This document shows positions 11,345-20,494 of a stretch of 64,000 nucleotides of DNA, piece after piece (within the stretch, counting starts at the first letter, position 1; every line of letters begins with the position of its first letter). Location: contig CP182352.1 in the NCBI GenBank assembly GCA_048571215.1, forward strand, positions 704,001 to 768,000, written 5' to 3'. The notes under the pieces were generated by a model. It was not told where the DNA came from, did no database searches, and saw only the letters and a program-made list of their open reading frames with translations. The translations under genes and the position numbers were made by a program. The DNA comes from Halarcobacter sp. Lineage in GTDB: Bacteria > Campylobacterota > Campylobacteria > Campylobacterales > Arcobacteraceae.

Positions 11345-12376
11345 ATGTCAAAAATATTTGTAGATGCTTGTTTAAGAAAACCAACACCATATACACCTGT
11401 ATGGATGATGAGACAAGCGGGAAGATACTTACCAGAATACATGGAAGTAAGAGCAAAGGCTGGAAATTTTTTAAATCTTTGTCATAACCCAGAAATGGCT
11501 TGTGAAGTAACAATCCAACCACTTGATATAGTTGGAGTTGATGCAGCTATTTTGTTTAGTGATATTTTAGTTGTTCCAAATGAGATGGGGATGCACCTTG
11601 ATTTTATCAAAGGCGAGGGACCAAAATTTGAAAAACCTATCAAAGTTGAAGCAGATTTAGATGCACTTATTGGTGGAGAAGAAGCGGCTAGTAAACTAAC
11701 ATATGTATATGATACTATCAAACTTTTAAAACAAAAACTTCCTGAAGATAAAGCACTTATTGGTTTTACAGGAGCACCTTGGACACTAGCAACTTATATG
11801 ATAGAGGGGCAAGGAACAAAAACGTACAATATTTGTAAGAAGATGATGTATTCAAATCCAGAGTTTTTACACAAAATCTTAAGAAAAGTTACAGATGTGG
11901 TAAAACTATATATGGAAAAACAAATTGAATCAGGTATTGATGTAGTTCAAATCTTTGATTCATGGGCAGCTGCTATAGAACCTGCAATGTATGATGAGTT
12001 TTCATGGAGCTATATGGTAGAAATAGCAGAATATCTAAAAGAGAAATATCCACATATCCCAGTAATTATGTTCCCAAAAGGTGTTCCAGCATTTTTAGAC
12101 AAGGTTTATGGAAATTTTGATGTATTTGGAGTAGATTGGGGAACACCAATGGCACTTGCTAAAGAGAAGCTTGGGGATAAGTATGTACTTCAAGGAAATA
12201 TGGAACCATGCAGATTATACTCAAAAGAAAAAACTACAAAATGTGTAGAAGCACTTCATAATATCATGCAGGGAGAAGGACATATTTTTAACTTAGGACA
12301 TGGAATACTTCCAGATGTACCAGTAGAAAATGCTATTCACTTTGTAAGTGAATGTCAAAGGGTAAGTAAGAAATAA
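11345..12376 (+). CDS. hemE: Uroporphyrinogen decarboxylase
   Basis: [28 protein letters not shown]. Confidence 0.97.
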   Translation: MSKIFVDACLRKPTPYTPVWMMRQAGRYLPEYMEVRAKAGNFLNLCHNPEMACEVTIQPLDIVGVDAAILFSDILVVPNEMGMHLDFIKGEGPKFEKPIKVEADLDALIGGEEAASKLTYVYDTIKLLKQKLPEDKALIGFTGAPWTLATYMIEGQGTKTYNICKKMMYSNPEFLHKILRKVTDVVKLYMEKQIESGIDVVQIFDSWAAAIEPAMYDEFSWSYMVEIAEYLKEKYPHIPVIMFPKGVPAFLDKVYGNFDVFGVDWGTPMALAKEKLGDKYVLQGNMEPCRLYSKEKTTKCVEALHNIMQGEGHIFNLGHGILPDVPVENAIHFVSECQRVSKK

Positions 12377-12378
12377 TA

Positions 12379-13296
12379 ATGTCTTACTCAAACTCTATAA
12401 TCTTTGGACCAGTACCTTCAAGGAGATTTGGAATCTCTTTGGGGATTGATTTATCACCTTCACAAAAACAATGCAATTTTGATTGTCTATACTGTGAGCT
12501 AGAACGTGCTAAAACAGTAAATACTATGACTACATACCCAAGTGTAGTTGAGGTTGTACAAGCTGTAAAAGACTCTTTTAGTAAACATCCTAAAATAGAT
12601 GTGATAACAATAACAGCAAATGGTGAACCAACTTTATATCCTTATTTAGCCCAACTTGTAGAGCAATTAAATAAAATAAAACAAAGTAGCAAAACACTTA
12701 TACTCTCAAATGGTAGTACAATCTATGATGAAGATATTTATGAAGCTTTATTAGATATAGATATTGTAAAACTATCATTAGATTGTGTTAGTGCAAAATG
12801 TTTTAAAAAACTTGATAGAATTCACAGTGGTATTGATATTAAAAAGATTGTTGAAGGGATGATAAAGTTTAGTAAGCAAACTAAAAATGAGTTTGTTTTA
12901 GAGATACTTTTTGTAAAAGATTTAAATGATAAAGATGAAGAGATAGAAGCTTTATATGAGGCTGTCAAAAAGATAAATCCCCATAGAGTTGATATAGGGA
13001 CAATAGATAGACCACCAGCTTATGAAGTAAAACCTGTAAGTTTTAAACTACTTGAAAAAGTAGCAAATACCTTTGAGGGTATAAATGTAAATATAGCATA
13101 TAAAAATAGACCAAAACAAACAAATAGTTTCACTATAGAAGAGATAAAATCACTACTAAAAAGAAGACCATTAACAAATGAAGATATAGAAAATATGTTT
13201 GATGAAAGTAGTAAAAAAATACTAGATAATATGGTGAAAAATAAGGAAATATCCCTTGTAGATAGCGGTGGTTTAAATTTTTATAAAATTTACTAA
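12379..13296 (+). CDS. Radical SAM protein
   Basis: FGPVPSRRFGISLGI, CxxxCxxC (CNFDCLYC), GEPTL. Confidence 0.9.
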   Translation: MSYSNSIIFGPVPSRRFGISLGIDLSPSQKQCNFDCLYCELERAKTVNTMTTYPSVVEVVQAVKDSFSKHPKIDVITITANGEPTLYPYLAQLVEQLNKIKQSSKTLILSNGSTIYDEDIYEALLDIDIVKLSLDCVSAKCFKKLDRIHSGIDIKKIVEGMIKFSKQTKNEFVLEILFVKDLNDKDEEIEALYEAVKKINPHRVDIGTIDRPPAYEVKPVSFKLLEKVANTFEGINVNIAYKNRPKQTNSFTIEEIKSLLKRRPLTNEDIENMFDESSKKILDNMVKNKEISLVDSGGLNFYKIY

Positions 13297-13312
13297 TTTT
13301 AGTCAATATTTC

Positions 13313-13341
13313 TTGACAAAAAACCTTTTTTTCAATATAAT
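13313..13341 (+). promoter_or_regulatory. Consensus sigma70 promoter of the tRNA-Asn pair
   Basis: TTGACA (13313-13318), 17 bp spacer, TATAAT (13336-13341). Confidence 0.9.
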
Positions 13342-13369
13342 TCCATCCCATTTAAAAAGGAAGACAGAT

Positions 13370-13444
13370 TCCGGCATAGCTCAGTGGTAGAGTAGATGAC
13401 TGTTAATCATTTGGTCCCTGGTTCGAATCCAGGTGCCGGAGCCA
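13370..13444 (+). tRNA. tRNA-Asn (GTT)
   Basis: 75 nt cloverleaf, anticodon arm GATGA-CTGTTAA-TCATT, GTTCGAATC T-loop, encoded CCA. Confidence 0.97.
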
Positions 13445-13482
13445 TCCAAACCCTTTTTAAATAACTTATTTTTTATACAAAT

Positions 13483-13557
13483 TCCGGCATAGCTCAGTGG
13501 TAGAGTAGATGACTGTTAATCATTTGGTCCCTGGTTCGAATCCAGGTGCCGGAGCCA
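13483..13557 (+). tRNA. tRNA-Asn (GTT), second identical copy
   Basis: Identical to 13370-13444. Confidence 0.97.
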
Positions 13558-13779
13558 CTTTTTATTTTCGTATGAAAATAAATCAAATCACTAAACATAC
13601 TTTTTAAAGATTCCTGCTTTAAATCAAAAAAACATCATAGTCATTAACAGACGTTAACTCCCATAATATTTTTTCAATTTTCATTGAACTATTCTTTGTG
13701 CTTGCACTCTCTTTGAGAAAAATTATATTCATTGATTTGATTTGAATATAATTAAGTATCCTGTCTGCAGAATTTTGTC
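13514..13779 (+). repeat. att-like repeat copy 1 (tRNA-Asn 3' half plus downstream ~230 bp)
   Basis: Near-identical to 14976-15211 and 20489-20755. Confidence 0.9.
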
Positions 13780-13902
13780 CCCAGAATTTTATTTCTCGAA
13801 TTGATGTACTTTAATAGAATTAAAATGATTTTAGGTATTTTATGAATTGAATCAAAATATGTTATAATCAAAAAAAGCTTTTCAAGGACTAGAGATTCAA
13901 CC

Positions 13903-13968
13903 TCAGGGGTGTAGTTTTCAGGGGTGTAGTTTGAAGAAATCAGGGGTGTAGTTTTGGGTGTAGTTTTC
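13903..13968 (+). repeat. Four direct repeats of (CAG)GGGTGTAGTTT
   Basis: Copies at about 13904, 13919, 13941 and 13956; fifth copy at 15287-15299. Confidence 0.85.
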
Positions 13969-14161
13969 TTACAAGACCTGCAACAGCAGCATGCCAACAA
14001 AATGCTGGTGATGATTGACCTGCAACATTTAATTGTTGTCCATTATTATCATAAACTATACCACCTGATTCCCAAGCTTGACAAGTATTGTTACCTATAG
14101 CAAATAAATTGCCACTTAATACTAAAAATACTGCCACTACACTAAGTAATAATTTTTTCAT
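13940..14161 (-). CDS. Small secreted protein with two Cys; C-terminus runs into the repeat array (possibly truncated)
   Basis: AAGG RBS, MKKLLLSVVAVFLVLSGNLFA signal peptide; terminal KLHPKLHP is encoded by the repeats. Confidence 0.55.
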   Translation of the reverse strand: MKKLLLSVVAVFLVLSGNLFAIGNNTCQAWESGGIVYDNNGQQLNVAGQSSPAFCWHAAVAGLVRKLHPKLHP

Positions 14162-14247
14162 ATTGTACCTTTTTTTGAATTGAGATATTTTTATCTTCAC
14201 TTAACTTAAATAATATTAAAATATATTAAAATATAATAGGAATAGAT

Positions 14248-14982
14248 ATGAAAATAAATAATATAAATTATACTTACAATAAAAGTATTGATTCTAATAG
14301 CCAAACTACAACTCAAAATGTATCTTTTGCTGAAGAAATGAATAAAGTTACTGATTCAAAAGTTATAGAAACAAAAGGAAAAATTTTAACCTTCTTAGAA
14401 AAAATAAATGCTTTTGAAGGATTTACTAAAGAAGAAGAAATAAAATTTAAAACTATATTAAAAGATGATAAGGTGACTCAAAAAGAGTTTGAGTCAATAC
14501 CTTATGAGATGTTAGATAAATTTAAAACCTTAGTATTACCTACTAATAATTCAAACTTTGGAGAGTTTCAATATGTTGAAATGACTAATAAATCAAAACT
14601 AATGCTATCAACAACTGCTTTATCAGGAGATAAACTCTTTAATCAATCTGTATATGAAACTTATGGAAATATGTCAGAAGATGATATTGTCAATATGTCT
14701 TTAGAATTAAGTATTAATCTTAACCAAGCTTACAATCAAGATGACTTAAAAGTTTTCTATATAGGGATATTAGAAAAGACAAATAATATTTCACCTGATA
14801 TGATGAAACAAATGACTTTAGATTTTCAAAAAGTTTTACTAGATATGCTTAATATGTCTAATGATTATATAGAAACAGTGAAAGACCCTCAAGTATTAAA
14901 ACAACTATATAGTACAAAAAACTTTTATTCATCAATTTTAGATAATTATAATGAATTAAGAAGTGAGTCTAGCTATGTTTAA
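14248..14982 (+). CDS. Hypothetical protein with N/S/T/Q-rich N-terminus
   Basis: 244 aa ORF with RBS; stop abuts att copy 2; degenerate paralogue at 20123-20494. Confidence 0.75.
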   Translation: MKINNINYTYNKSIDSNSQTTTQNVSFAEEMNKVTDSKVIETKGKILTFLEKINAFEGFTKEEEIKFKTILKDDKVTQKEFESIPYEMLDKFKTLVLPTNNSNFGEFQYVEMTNKSKLMLSTTALSGDKLFNQSVYETYGNMSEDDIVNMSLELSINLNQAYNQDDLKVFYIGILEKTNNISPDMMKQMTLDFQKVLLDMLNMSNDYIETVKDPQVLKQLYSTKNFYSSILDNYNELRSESSYV

Positions 14983-15211
14983 TTATTTGATCCTTGGTTA
15001 GAATCCAGGTGTCGGAGCCACTTTTTATTTTCGTCTGAAAATAAATCAAATCACTAAACATACTTTTTAAAGATTCCTGCTTTAAATCAAAAAAACATCA
15101 TAGTCATTAACAGACGTTAACTCTTATAATATTTTTTCAATTTTCATTGAACTATTCAAAAATTATATTCATTGATTTGAATATAATTAAGTATCTTGTT
15201 CCCAGAATTTT
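14976..15211 (+). repeat. att-like repeat copy 2 (degenerate tRNA-Asn 3' half plus downstream region with internal deletion)
   Basis: TTAATTATTTGATCCTTGGTTAGAATCCAGGTGTCGGAGCCA followed by the same downstream sequence as copy 1. Confidence 0.9.
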
Positions 15212-15397
15212 AGAATTTTAAAAAATTGAATTAATTCTAGGGATTAACAAATTAGTTTGAAATAAGTAAAAATGGAGATTCAATCACAGGGGTGTAGTTA
15301 TGGTTCAACCTCTTTTTTGTCTTCTTGAAAAAAGAAAAATAAGCCCCAGATAATGACTATTGAGGCTAATATTATCAATTTCATATAAAACTCTTTT

Positions 15398-16069
15398 TTA
15401 AGCATATGGTTGGTAAGAATTTTCTTTATCACTATAGTTTTTAGTATATAAATCTAAAATATCCTCATAAAACTTTGCATAGTCTTTTGCTTGTTGTCCA
15501 ACAACACTTTGTTTTGAATGGTGTGTTTGTGCCATTGATAGTAAAAAATCTTTGAATTCACTTGATGATAAGTTTTGTGTTGAATTAGCTGTATTATCAT
15601 TGTAATTAAAGATAAGTTCACCATTATTATCTATTCCTAACATACTATAATTTGGATTTAGTTCTTTCCCAGCTTTAAATCTTTTTAGGTTTTGATTTAA
15701 ATCAGATTGATAATTTATAGCATCACCTAGAGACATATTTGAAAGTTTGTTAAACATATTATTTTGCATATCTTTATTTTCAAATTGTGAGGCAGCAAAT
15801 AAAGATATCCCCATTAAAAAAGCTTTTTCATCCCCAAATTTATCTTTTAATTTTTCTTTAAGTTCATTTCTTTCTTCTAAAGACATATTTTTAAAAGCTT
15901 GTACATCTAATAGATCAACTTCTTTATTTTCTTCAATTTCATTTCTATTTGATTCTACCTCTTGCATAGCACTTAAAAAATCACCTGATGTTGACTCTGT
16001 TTTAGAAGTAGAATTACCACTTTGAGTTTGATAGCTTGTATAACTTTGTTGTGTTGCTGTTACATTCAT
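15398..16069 (-). CDS. Hypothetical protein, N-terminus shared with 16113-16721
   Basis: MNVTATQQSYTSYQTQS N-terminus; AAGGA RBS. Confidence 0.8.
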   Translation of the reverse strand: MNVTATQQSYTSYQTQSGNSTSKTESTSGDFLSAMQEVESNRNEIEENKEVDLLDVQAFKNMSLEERNELKEKLKDKFGDEKAFLMGISLFAASQFENKDMQNNMFNKLSNMSLGDAINYQSDLNQNLKRFKAGKELNPNYSMLGIDNNGELIFNYNDNTANSTQNLSSSEFKDFLLSMAQTHHSKQSVVGQQAKDYAKFYEDILDLYTKNYSDKENSYQPYA

Positions 16070-16112
16070 AATTTATCCTTTAAATATAAAAGATGGAATA
16101 TTTCATCTTTTA

Positions 16113-16721
16113 TCAATTTGCATTTTGATTATTTCCCATTGTTTTATATTGGTTTTCTTGTTCTTTTGATTGGTAGTCTTTGAAGAAGTTTTGAGCATCT
16201 GTTAATAGTTCTAGCATATAAGAGATATCTCCTCCAAATTTTTTTGCTCCTTCTTCTATATCCTTAATTTCATTCCCAAAGTACTTCATAATACTTCCAA
16301 TTGATGAAAACTCTTTTGAAGGGTCTTTTTTATGATATTCAGCTACAACATTACCATTTTCATCTTCCATTAATTTACCTCCAAAAGAATTCAAAAATTT
16401 TCCACTCAAAAGCATATAATCTCTTACTGATAAATCGGCTAAATAGTATAAAAATTCATTTTTTGCATTTTGATCTTTTTCAAATATTGAATCTTCAAAC
16501 CATTTATTATCTCCATCTTGAAAAGCATTATATCTTTCTAATCCAAGTTGATATTCTTCATCATACTCTTCTTCTTTTAATTTTGCTGTATTCTCTGTTT
16601 TATAAGATCCAGTATTTTCTAAAATATCTAAAAATTTTTCTTTAGATTCAGTATTAGTAGTAGGATTACTACTTTGAGTTTGATAGTTTGTATAGTTTTG
16701 TTGAGTCTCTGCTACATTCAT
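16113..16721 (-). CDS. Hypothetical protein, N-terminus shared with 15398-16069
   Basis: MNVAETQQNYTNYQTQS N-terminus; AAGGA RBS. Confidence 0.8.
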   Translation of the reverse strand: MNVAETQQNYTNYQTQSSNPTTNTESKEKFLDILENTGSYKTENTAKLKEEEYDEEYQLGLERYNAFQDGDNKWFEDSIFEKDQNAKNEFLYYLADLSVRDYMLLSGKFLNSFGGKLMEDENGNVVAEYHKKDPSKEFSSIGSIMKYFGNEIKDIEEGAKKFGGDISYMLELLTDAQNFFKDYQSKEQENQYKTMGNNQNAN

Positions 16722-16770
16722 ATTTTATCCTTTAGAAATAAAAGATATAAGTATTCCGTCTTTTATCTAT

Positions 16771-16881
16771 TTATTGTACATCTAATTCAACTACATAATC
16801 AGCATAGTGTTTTACTATAATATTCCCAGAACCTACATCTTCATTGTATTCAAACCAATATCTTTTTCCATAAATATAAAA
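16771..16881 (-). pseudogene. 3' remnant of an unidentified gene
   Basis: Open frame FYIYGKRYWFEYNEDVGSGNIIVKHYADYVVELDVQ* without a start codon, followed by a hairpin like the one between the two paralogues. Confidence 0.4.
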
Positions 16882-16977
16882 TATATATTTATATATTATA
16901 TTAACTATATTTTATTATTAATAAATTATAGTTAATCTACGTCACTTTTACGTCACAATTTATATATAATTTTATAA

Positions 16978-17603
16978 TTATATTTTTTTCTTTAAATTTT
17001 CAATTATCCTACTATATTTCCAACCCAATCAATCAACAGTTCAAGATTCTCTAAATTGATTTTTTTAATCAGCTGGATTAGTAACTGAAATTCAATTGGC
17101 AATAGCTTCAACACTTAAAGGCTCATCTATATTTAAAGATATAAGTTTATTTATAAACTTAACTAGATTTGTTTTAGTTAGAGTATTAAATCAAGTGTCA
17201 TTGTCTAAATTTAAATGAATAATTTTTAAATCTATATTTTGTACATTTAAATTTAAACCTTGTATTTGAAATGAATTATTTTGAAGATTACTATAAGCTT
17301 ATCTGTAATACTTTTAGGGATTAAATCAAATCAGTTAGCTATCATAAATTTTAATATTTCAATTTGTTTTTCTTTGGCTTCTTCTTTTCTAGTTACCAGA
17401 TTTTAATTTCAAATTTATACTCTTTAACTATACCTTTCTGTACTTTTTTAACTCTTTTTTGAATATTAGAAAACTTCTCTTTGATAGTTTGAATTTTTTC
17501 TTTTAGTTCACTAGAAGAGTTATAGTTTCAAAGAGCAAAAATATCAGCTTGAGTAATTAAATCCTTTGATTCTATTTGCATGCTTTCGTATACTTTATTT
17601 ATA
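16978..17603 (-). pseudogene. Gene relic (~205 codons) with six in-frame TGA, one TAA and two frameshifts; probable TGA=Gly (code 25) origin
   Basis: Manual translation gives protein-like text (MQIESKDLITQADIFAL*NY...FMIAN*FDLIPKSITDKLI...EPLSVEAIAN*ISVTNPAD...RES*TVD*LGWKYSRIIENLKKKI). Confidence 0.65.
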
Positions 17604-17675
17604 TCTCATAATGAAATGATTAAAAAGTTTGATTAATTAAAGAGCTAAAAAAAGTTTAATAAAAGATATGTTTAA
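17601..17675 (+). repeat. ~75 bp direct repeat copy 1
   Basis: ATATCTCATAATGAAATGATTAAAAAGTTTGATTAATTAAAGAG...GATATGTTTAA, matches 18910-18983. Confidence 0.85.
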
Positions 17676-18015
17676 TGTTTTTTATTTTGTTATGAAATAA
17701 AAATCTAAAGGTAGAATGGGATGTTAGTCTCACAGTATAGCTCTGATAGGAATGAAATTAAATCTTGATTTGATTGGAATGGATAATAGGAAATGGCTTT
17801 ATAAAATAATATTATACATTTTTAATTTTAGATTATAAATAATTGATAATGATATAAATAATAAATAAAAAATCACTTTTTTAATACTATTATTTATTAG
17901 TTAGTATTATTCTTCATAGAGTTGACTTTAATAGGAGTAGTGGATGGTGATAAAACTACAATTGTTAATTATAATTATATTGTAGGGTGTAATATTGAAA
18001 AATTAAGGAGAGAAA

Positions 18016-18729
18016 ATGTTAGTTAACAAAAAAATAGTACTTCAAGGATTTATAGTTGTCTTTGTAGTTATTTTTCAAGGGTGTGCTTATAGTGGTAATC
18101 AAATTGTTGAGGATTCTGTTGGCGCGAATAGAGATAGTGTGCTTGGTAAATATGAAAGTGGAGTTGGAACGCTTGCTGTTACTTCAGATAGAAGAATGGT
18201 TGTCGTAAATATGAAAAATTCAGAGTTTTGTGCTGAACCTGAACCTTTAACTGCAAGTAGCTTTACCTCAAAATTAGAGGCTTTATTAGATGCAACAGTT
18301 AAAGATGATGTTGATGCAAAAGTTGAGTTTATGAGAGAGTATAACACTGTAATTTCTCAATTATTCAAATCGTCACAAGGTTTACGTTTCGCACAGATAC
18401 TACAATATAATTTATGTCAAGCGGCAAGAAATAAGGATATAGATGATAAAACTAGTTTTGAAGATATTTTTAAATATATTTCAAGATTATCAAAAGATAT
18501 TATTATTGCAGAAAATAACGTTGAAAAGGTTAATCAGACAATAACAATCTCAAAACAAAAGGAATTATCAAGTAAGTTGGAAAAAGAAATAAAGACTAAA
18601 GATGAGTCAATAAAGACTTTAAAAGAATCTAATAAAACTCTTCAAACCGAAGTTAAAAATTTAAAGGAAGAAAAAATGGTTCATGAAAAAGAAATTGAGT
18701 ACTTGAAAAAAATGGTTGAAAAAAAGTAG
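18016..18729 (+). CDS. Putative lipoprotein with C-terminal coiled coil
   Basis: Hydrophobic N-terminus with lipobox FQGC; FCAEPEP motif; K/E-rich tail; AAGGAG RBS. Confidence 0.7.
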   Translation: MLVNKKIVLQGFIVVFVVIFQGCAYSGNQIVEDSVGANRDSVLGKYESGVGTLAVTSDRRMVVVNMKNSEFCAEPEPLTASSFTSKLEALLDATVKDDVDAKVEFMREYNTVISQLFKSSQGLRFAQILQYNLCQAARNKDIDDKTSFEDIFKYISRLSKDIIIAENNVEKVNQTITISKQKELSSKLEKEIKTKDESIKTLKESNKTLQTEVKNLKEEKMVHEKEIEYLKKMVEKK

Positions 18730-18909
18730 GTTTATAAAAAAAGTATAAAAGGATACTTGTCTTCTTTTCAAACTTTAAGAAGATAAAAAATTAAACTCTA
18801 TATTTTCTAGCTCTATAATTTAGTTCATCGAGCTTTTAATAAATGAAATAGAGATATTTTTGTTCAAAAGAAAATGTAATTGTAAAATTCAATTTAGTAT
18901 CAATAAATA

Positions 18910-18983
18910 ATATCTCATAATGAAATGACTAAAAAGTTTGATTAATTAAAGAGGTAGGAAAAGTTTAATAAAGATATGCTTAA
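18910..18983 (+). repeat. ~75 bp direct repeat copy 2
   Basis: Matches 17601-17675 with a few substitutions. Confidence 0.85.
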
Positions 18984-19049
18984 AATTTATATCTTTATAA
19001 CATTATTTTTGTGTGCAAGAGAAATGCAACTTGTAAAAAGGAAAAGAAA

Positions 19050-20090
19050 ATGCCATTTTATAATAAAATAGATAAAAAGACTAAAGAGGGGAAAAGAACA
19101 GTTGAGGGTTTATTTAGGTTAAAAAAACAGTTAAAAGAAGAGGTTCCTATGCGAAATTTAAATGATAATATTCTTCTAGGAACTTGGAATATAAGAGAAT
19201 TTGATTCACCTGCATATGGAGAAAGAAAAGAAGAATCTATAATGTATATAGCTGAAATAATATCACATTTTGATATTGTAGCTATTCAAGAAGTTAGAGC
19301 AAATCTAAAAGCACTAAAAAAACTAAAATATAGACTAGGTTCAAATTGGGATTATATAGTTTCTGATGTTACAAGTGGGAAAAAAGGGAATAAAGAAAGA
19401 ATGGCTTTCCTTTTTGATACTAGAAAAATTACTTTTGGTGGACTTGCTGGGGAATTAGTACTCTCTCCTATCAGAGATAAAGAAGTATCTCAAATAGCAA
19501 GAACACCTTTTATGTGTGGATTTAATGCAGGATGGATTAACTTTGTCCTTTCAACGGTACATATTATATATGGAGAAAATAATAAAAATAATCTTGAAAG
19601 AATTAAAGAAATAGAAGAGATTGCAGTAGTTATTAAAAATAAAGCAGAAGATGAAAACTCATGGAGTAAAAACTTTGTTTTATTAGGAGACTTTAATATA
19701 TACAGTCCTAAAGACAAAACAATGGAAGCTTTACAAAAGAATAAATTTATAGTTCCAGATGATTTAAAAAAGCTTCCTAGTAATGCAATAAAAAATAAAC
19801 ATTATGATCAAATTGCATTCCCATTAAATAGTGATTTAAAAAGAACTAATAATTCAGGCGTTTTTGATTTTTTTAAAAGTGTTTATCGTATAGAAGATGA
19901 AATAGAATATATTAAAGAGATGGGAGATAATTATTATAAAACTTCAAAGGGGGAAATTAGAACTTCTAAAAGCAAAAAGAGTTATTATAAAACATATTGG
20001 CGTACTCACCAAATGTCAGACCATTTATTAATGTGGATAGAATTAGAAATTAATCAATCACATAAATACTTATTAAGAGAAAAGGTTTAA
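19050..20090 (+). CDS. Endonuclease/exonuclease/phosphatase (EEP, DNase I-like) family protein
   Basis: TWNIREF, AIQEV, LGDFN, YDQI, MSDH catalytic motifs; ATG at 19050 has RBS. Confidence 0.9.
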   Translation: MPFYNKIDKKTKEGKRTVEGLFRLKKQLKEEVPMRNLNDNILLGTWNIREFDSPAYGERKEESIMYIAEIISHFDIVAIQEVRANLKALKKLKYRLGSNWDYIVSDVTSGKKGNKERMAFLFDTRKITFGGLAGELVLSPIRDKEVSQIARTPFMCGFNAGWINFVLSTVHIIYGENNKNNLERIKEIEEIAVVIKNKAEDENSWSKNFVLLGDFNIYSPKDKTMEALQKNKFIVPDDLKKLPSNAIKNKHYDQIAFPLNSDLKRTNNSGVFDFFKSVYRIEDEIEYIKEMGDNYYKTSKGEIRTSKSKKSYYKTYWRTHQMSDHLLMWIELEINQSHKYLLREKV

Positions 20091-20122
20091 ATATTAAGAG
20101 TATAAATGGTAAGTGTAATCTG

Positions 20123-20494
20123 TCAACAATTAGTTTATCAGAGAATCAATTTTTTAATCAATTTGTATATAAAACTTATGAAAAAATGACAGAAGATGAT
20201 ATTATTAATATATCTTTAGAATTAAATATAAATTTTACACAAGCTTATAATCAAGATGATTTAGAAGTTTTTTATATAAAAGGAATATTAAAAAAGACTA
20301 ATAAAATCTCACCTGATGTAATGGAACAAATGACTTTAGATTTAAAGTTTTACTTGATATAATTAATAAGTCTAGTAATTATATGAAACAGTAAAAGACC
20401 CTTAAGTATTAAAATAACTTCACAATACAAAAAACTTTTATACATCAGTTTTAGATAATTATAATGAATTAAAAAGTGAGTCTAGCTATGTTTA
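20123..20494 (+). pseudogene. Frameshifted copy of the 3' half of 14248-14982
   Basis: Colinear nucleotide similarity to ~14608-14982, both ending ...GAGTCTAGCTATGTTTAA; indels and stops. Confidence 0.85.

Noticed and set aside
13903..13968. Possible CRISPR array
   Set aside because: Repeats are only ~12-15 bp with 0-8 bp gaps, there are no unique spacers of CRISPR length, and no cas genes are present
13752..14000. 82 aa minus-strand ORF containing NYTPENYTPE
   Set aside because: The periodicity is just the DNA repeat array; it overlaps a better ORF and att repeat copy 1
14976..15020. Additional tRNA genes at 14976-15020 and 20489-20533
   Set aside because: Only the 3' half is present, without D-arm or 5' acceptor strand, so these are att-type fragments
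16978..17603. TGA codons as selenocysteine or as code-4 tryptophan
   Set aside because: Six Sec codons with no redox motif is implausible. Trp would be unusually frequent, TGG is used, and the contexts (NG, DG, SG) fit Gly better. Code 4 is disfavoured but not excluded without alignment
17700..17810. Possible transposase or integrase remnant (…GMKLNLDLIGMDNRKWLYK…)
   Set aside because: Too short, with no recognisable motif or terminal inverted repeats
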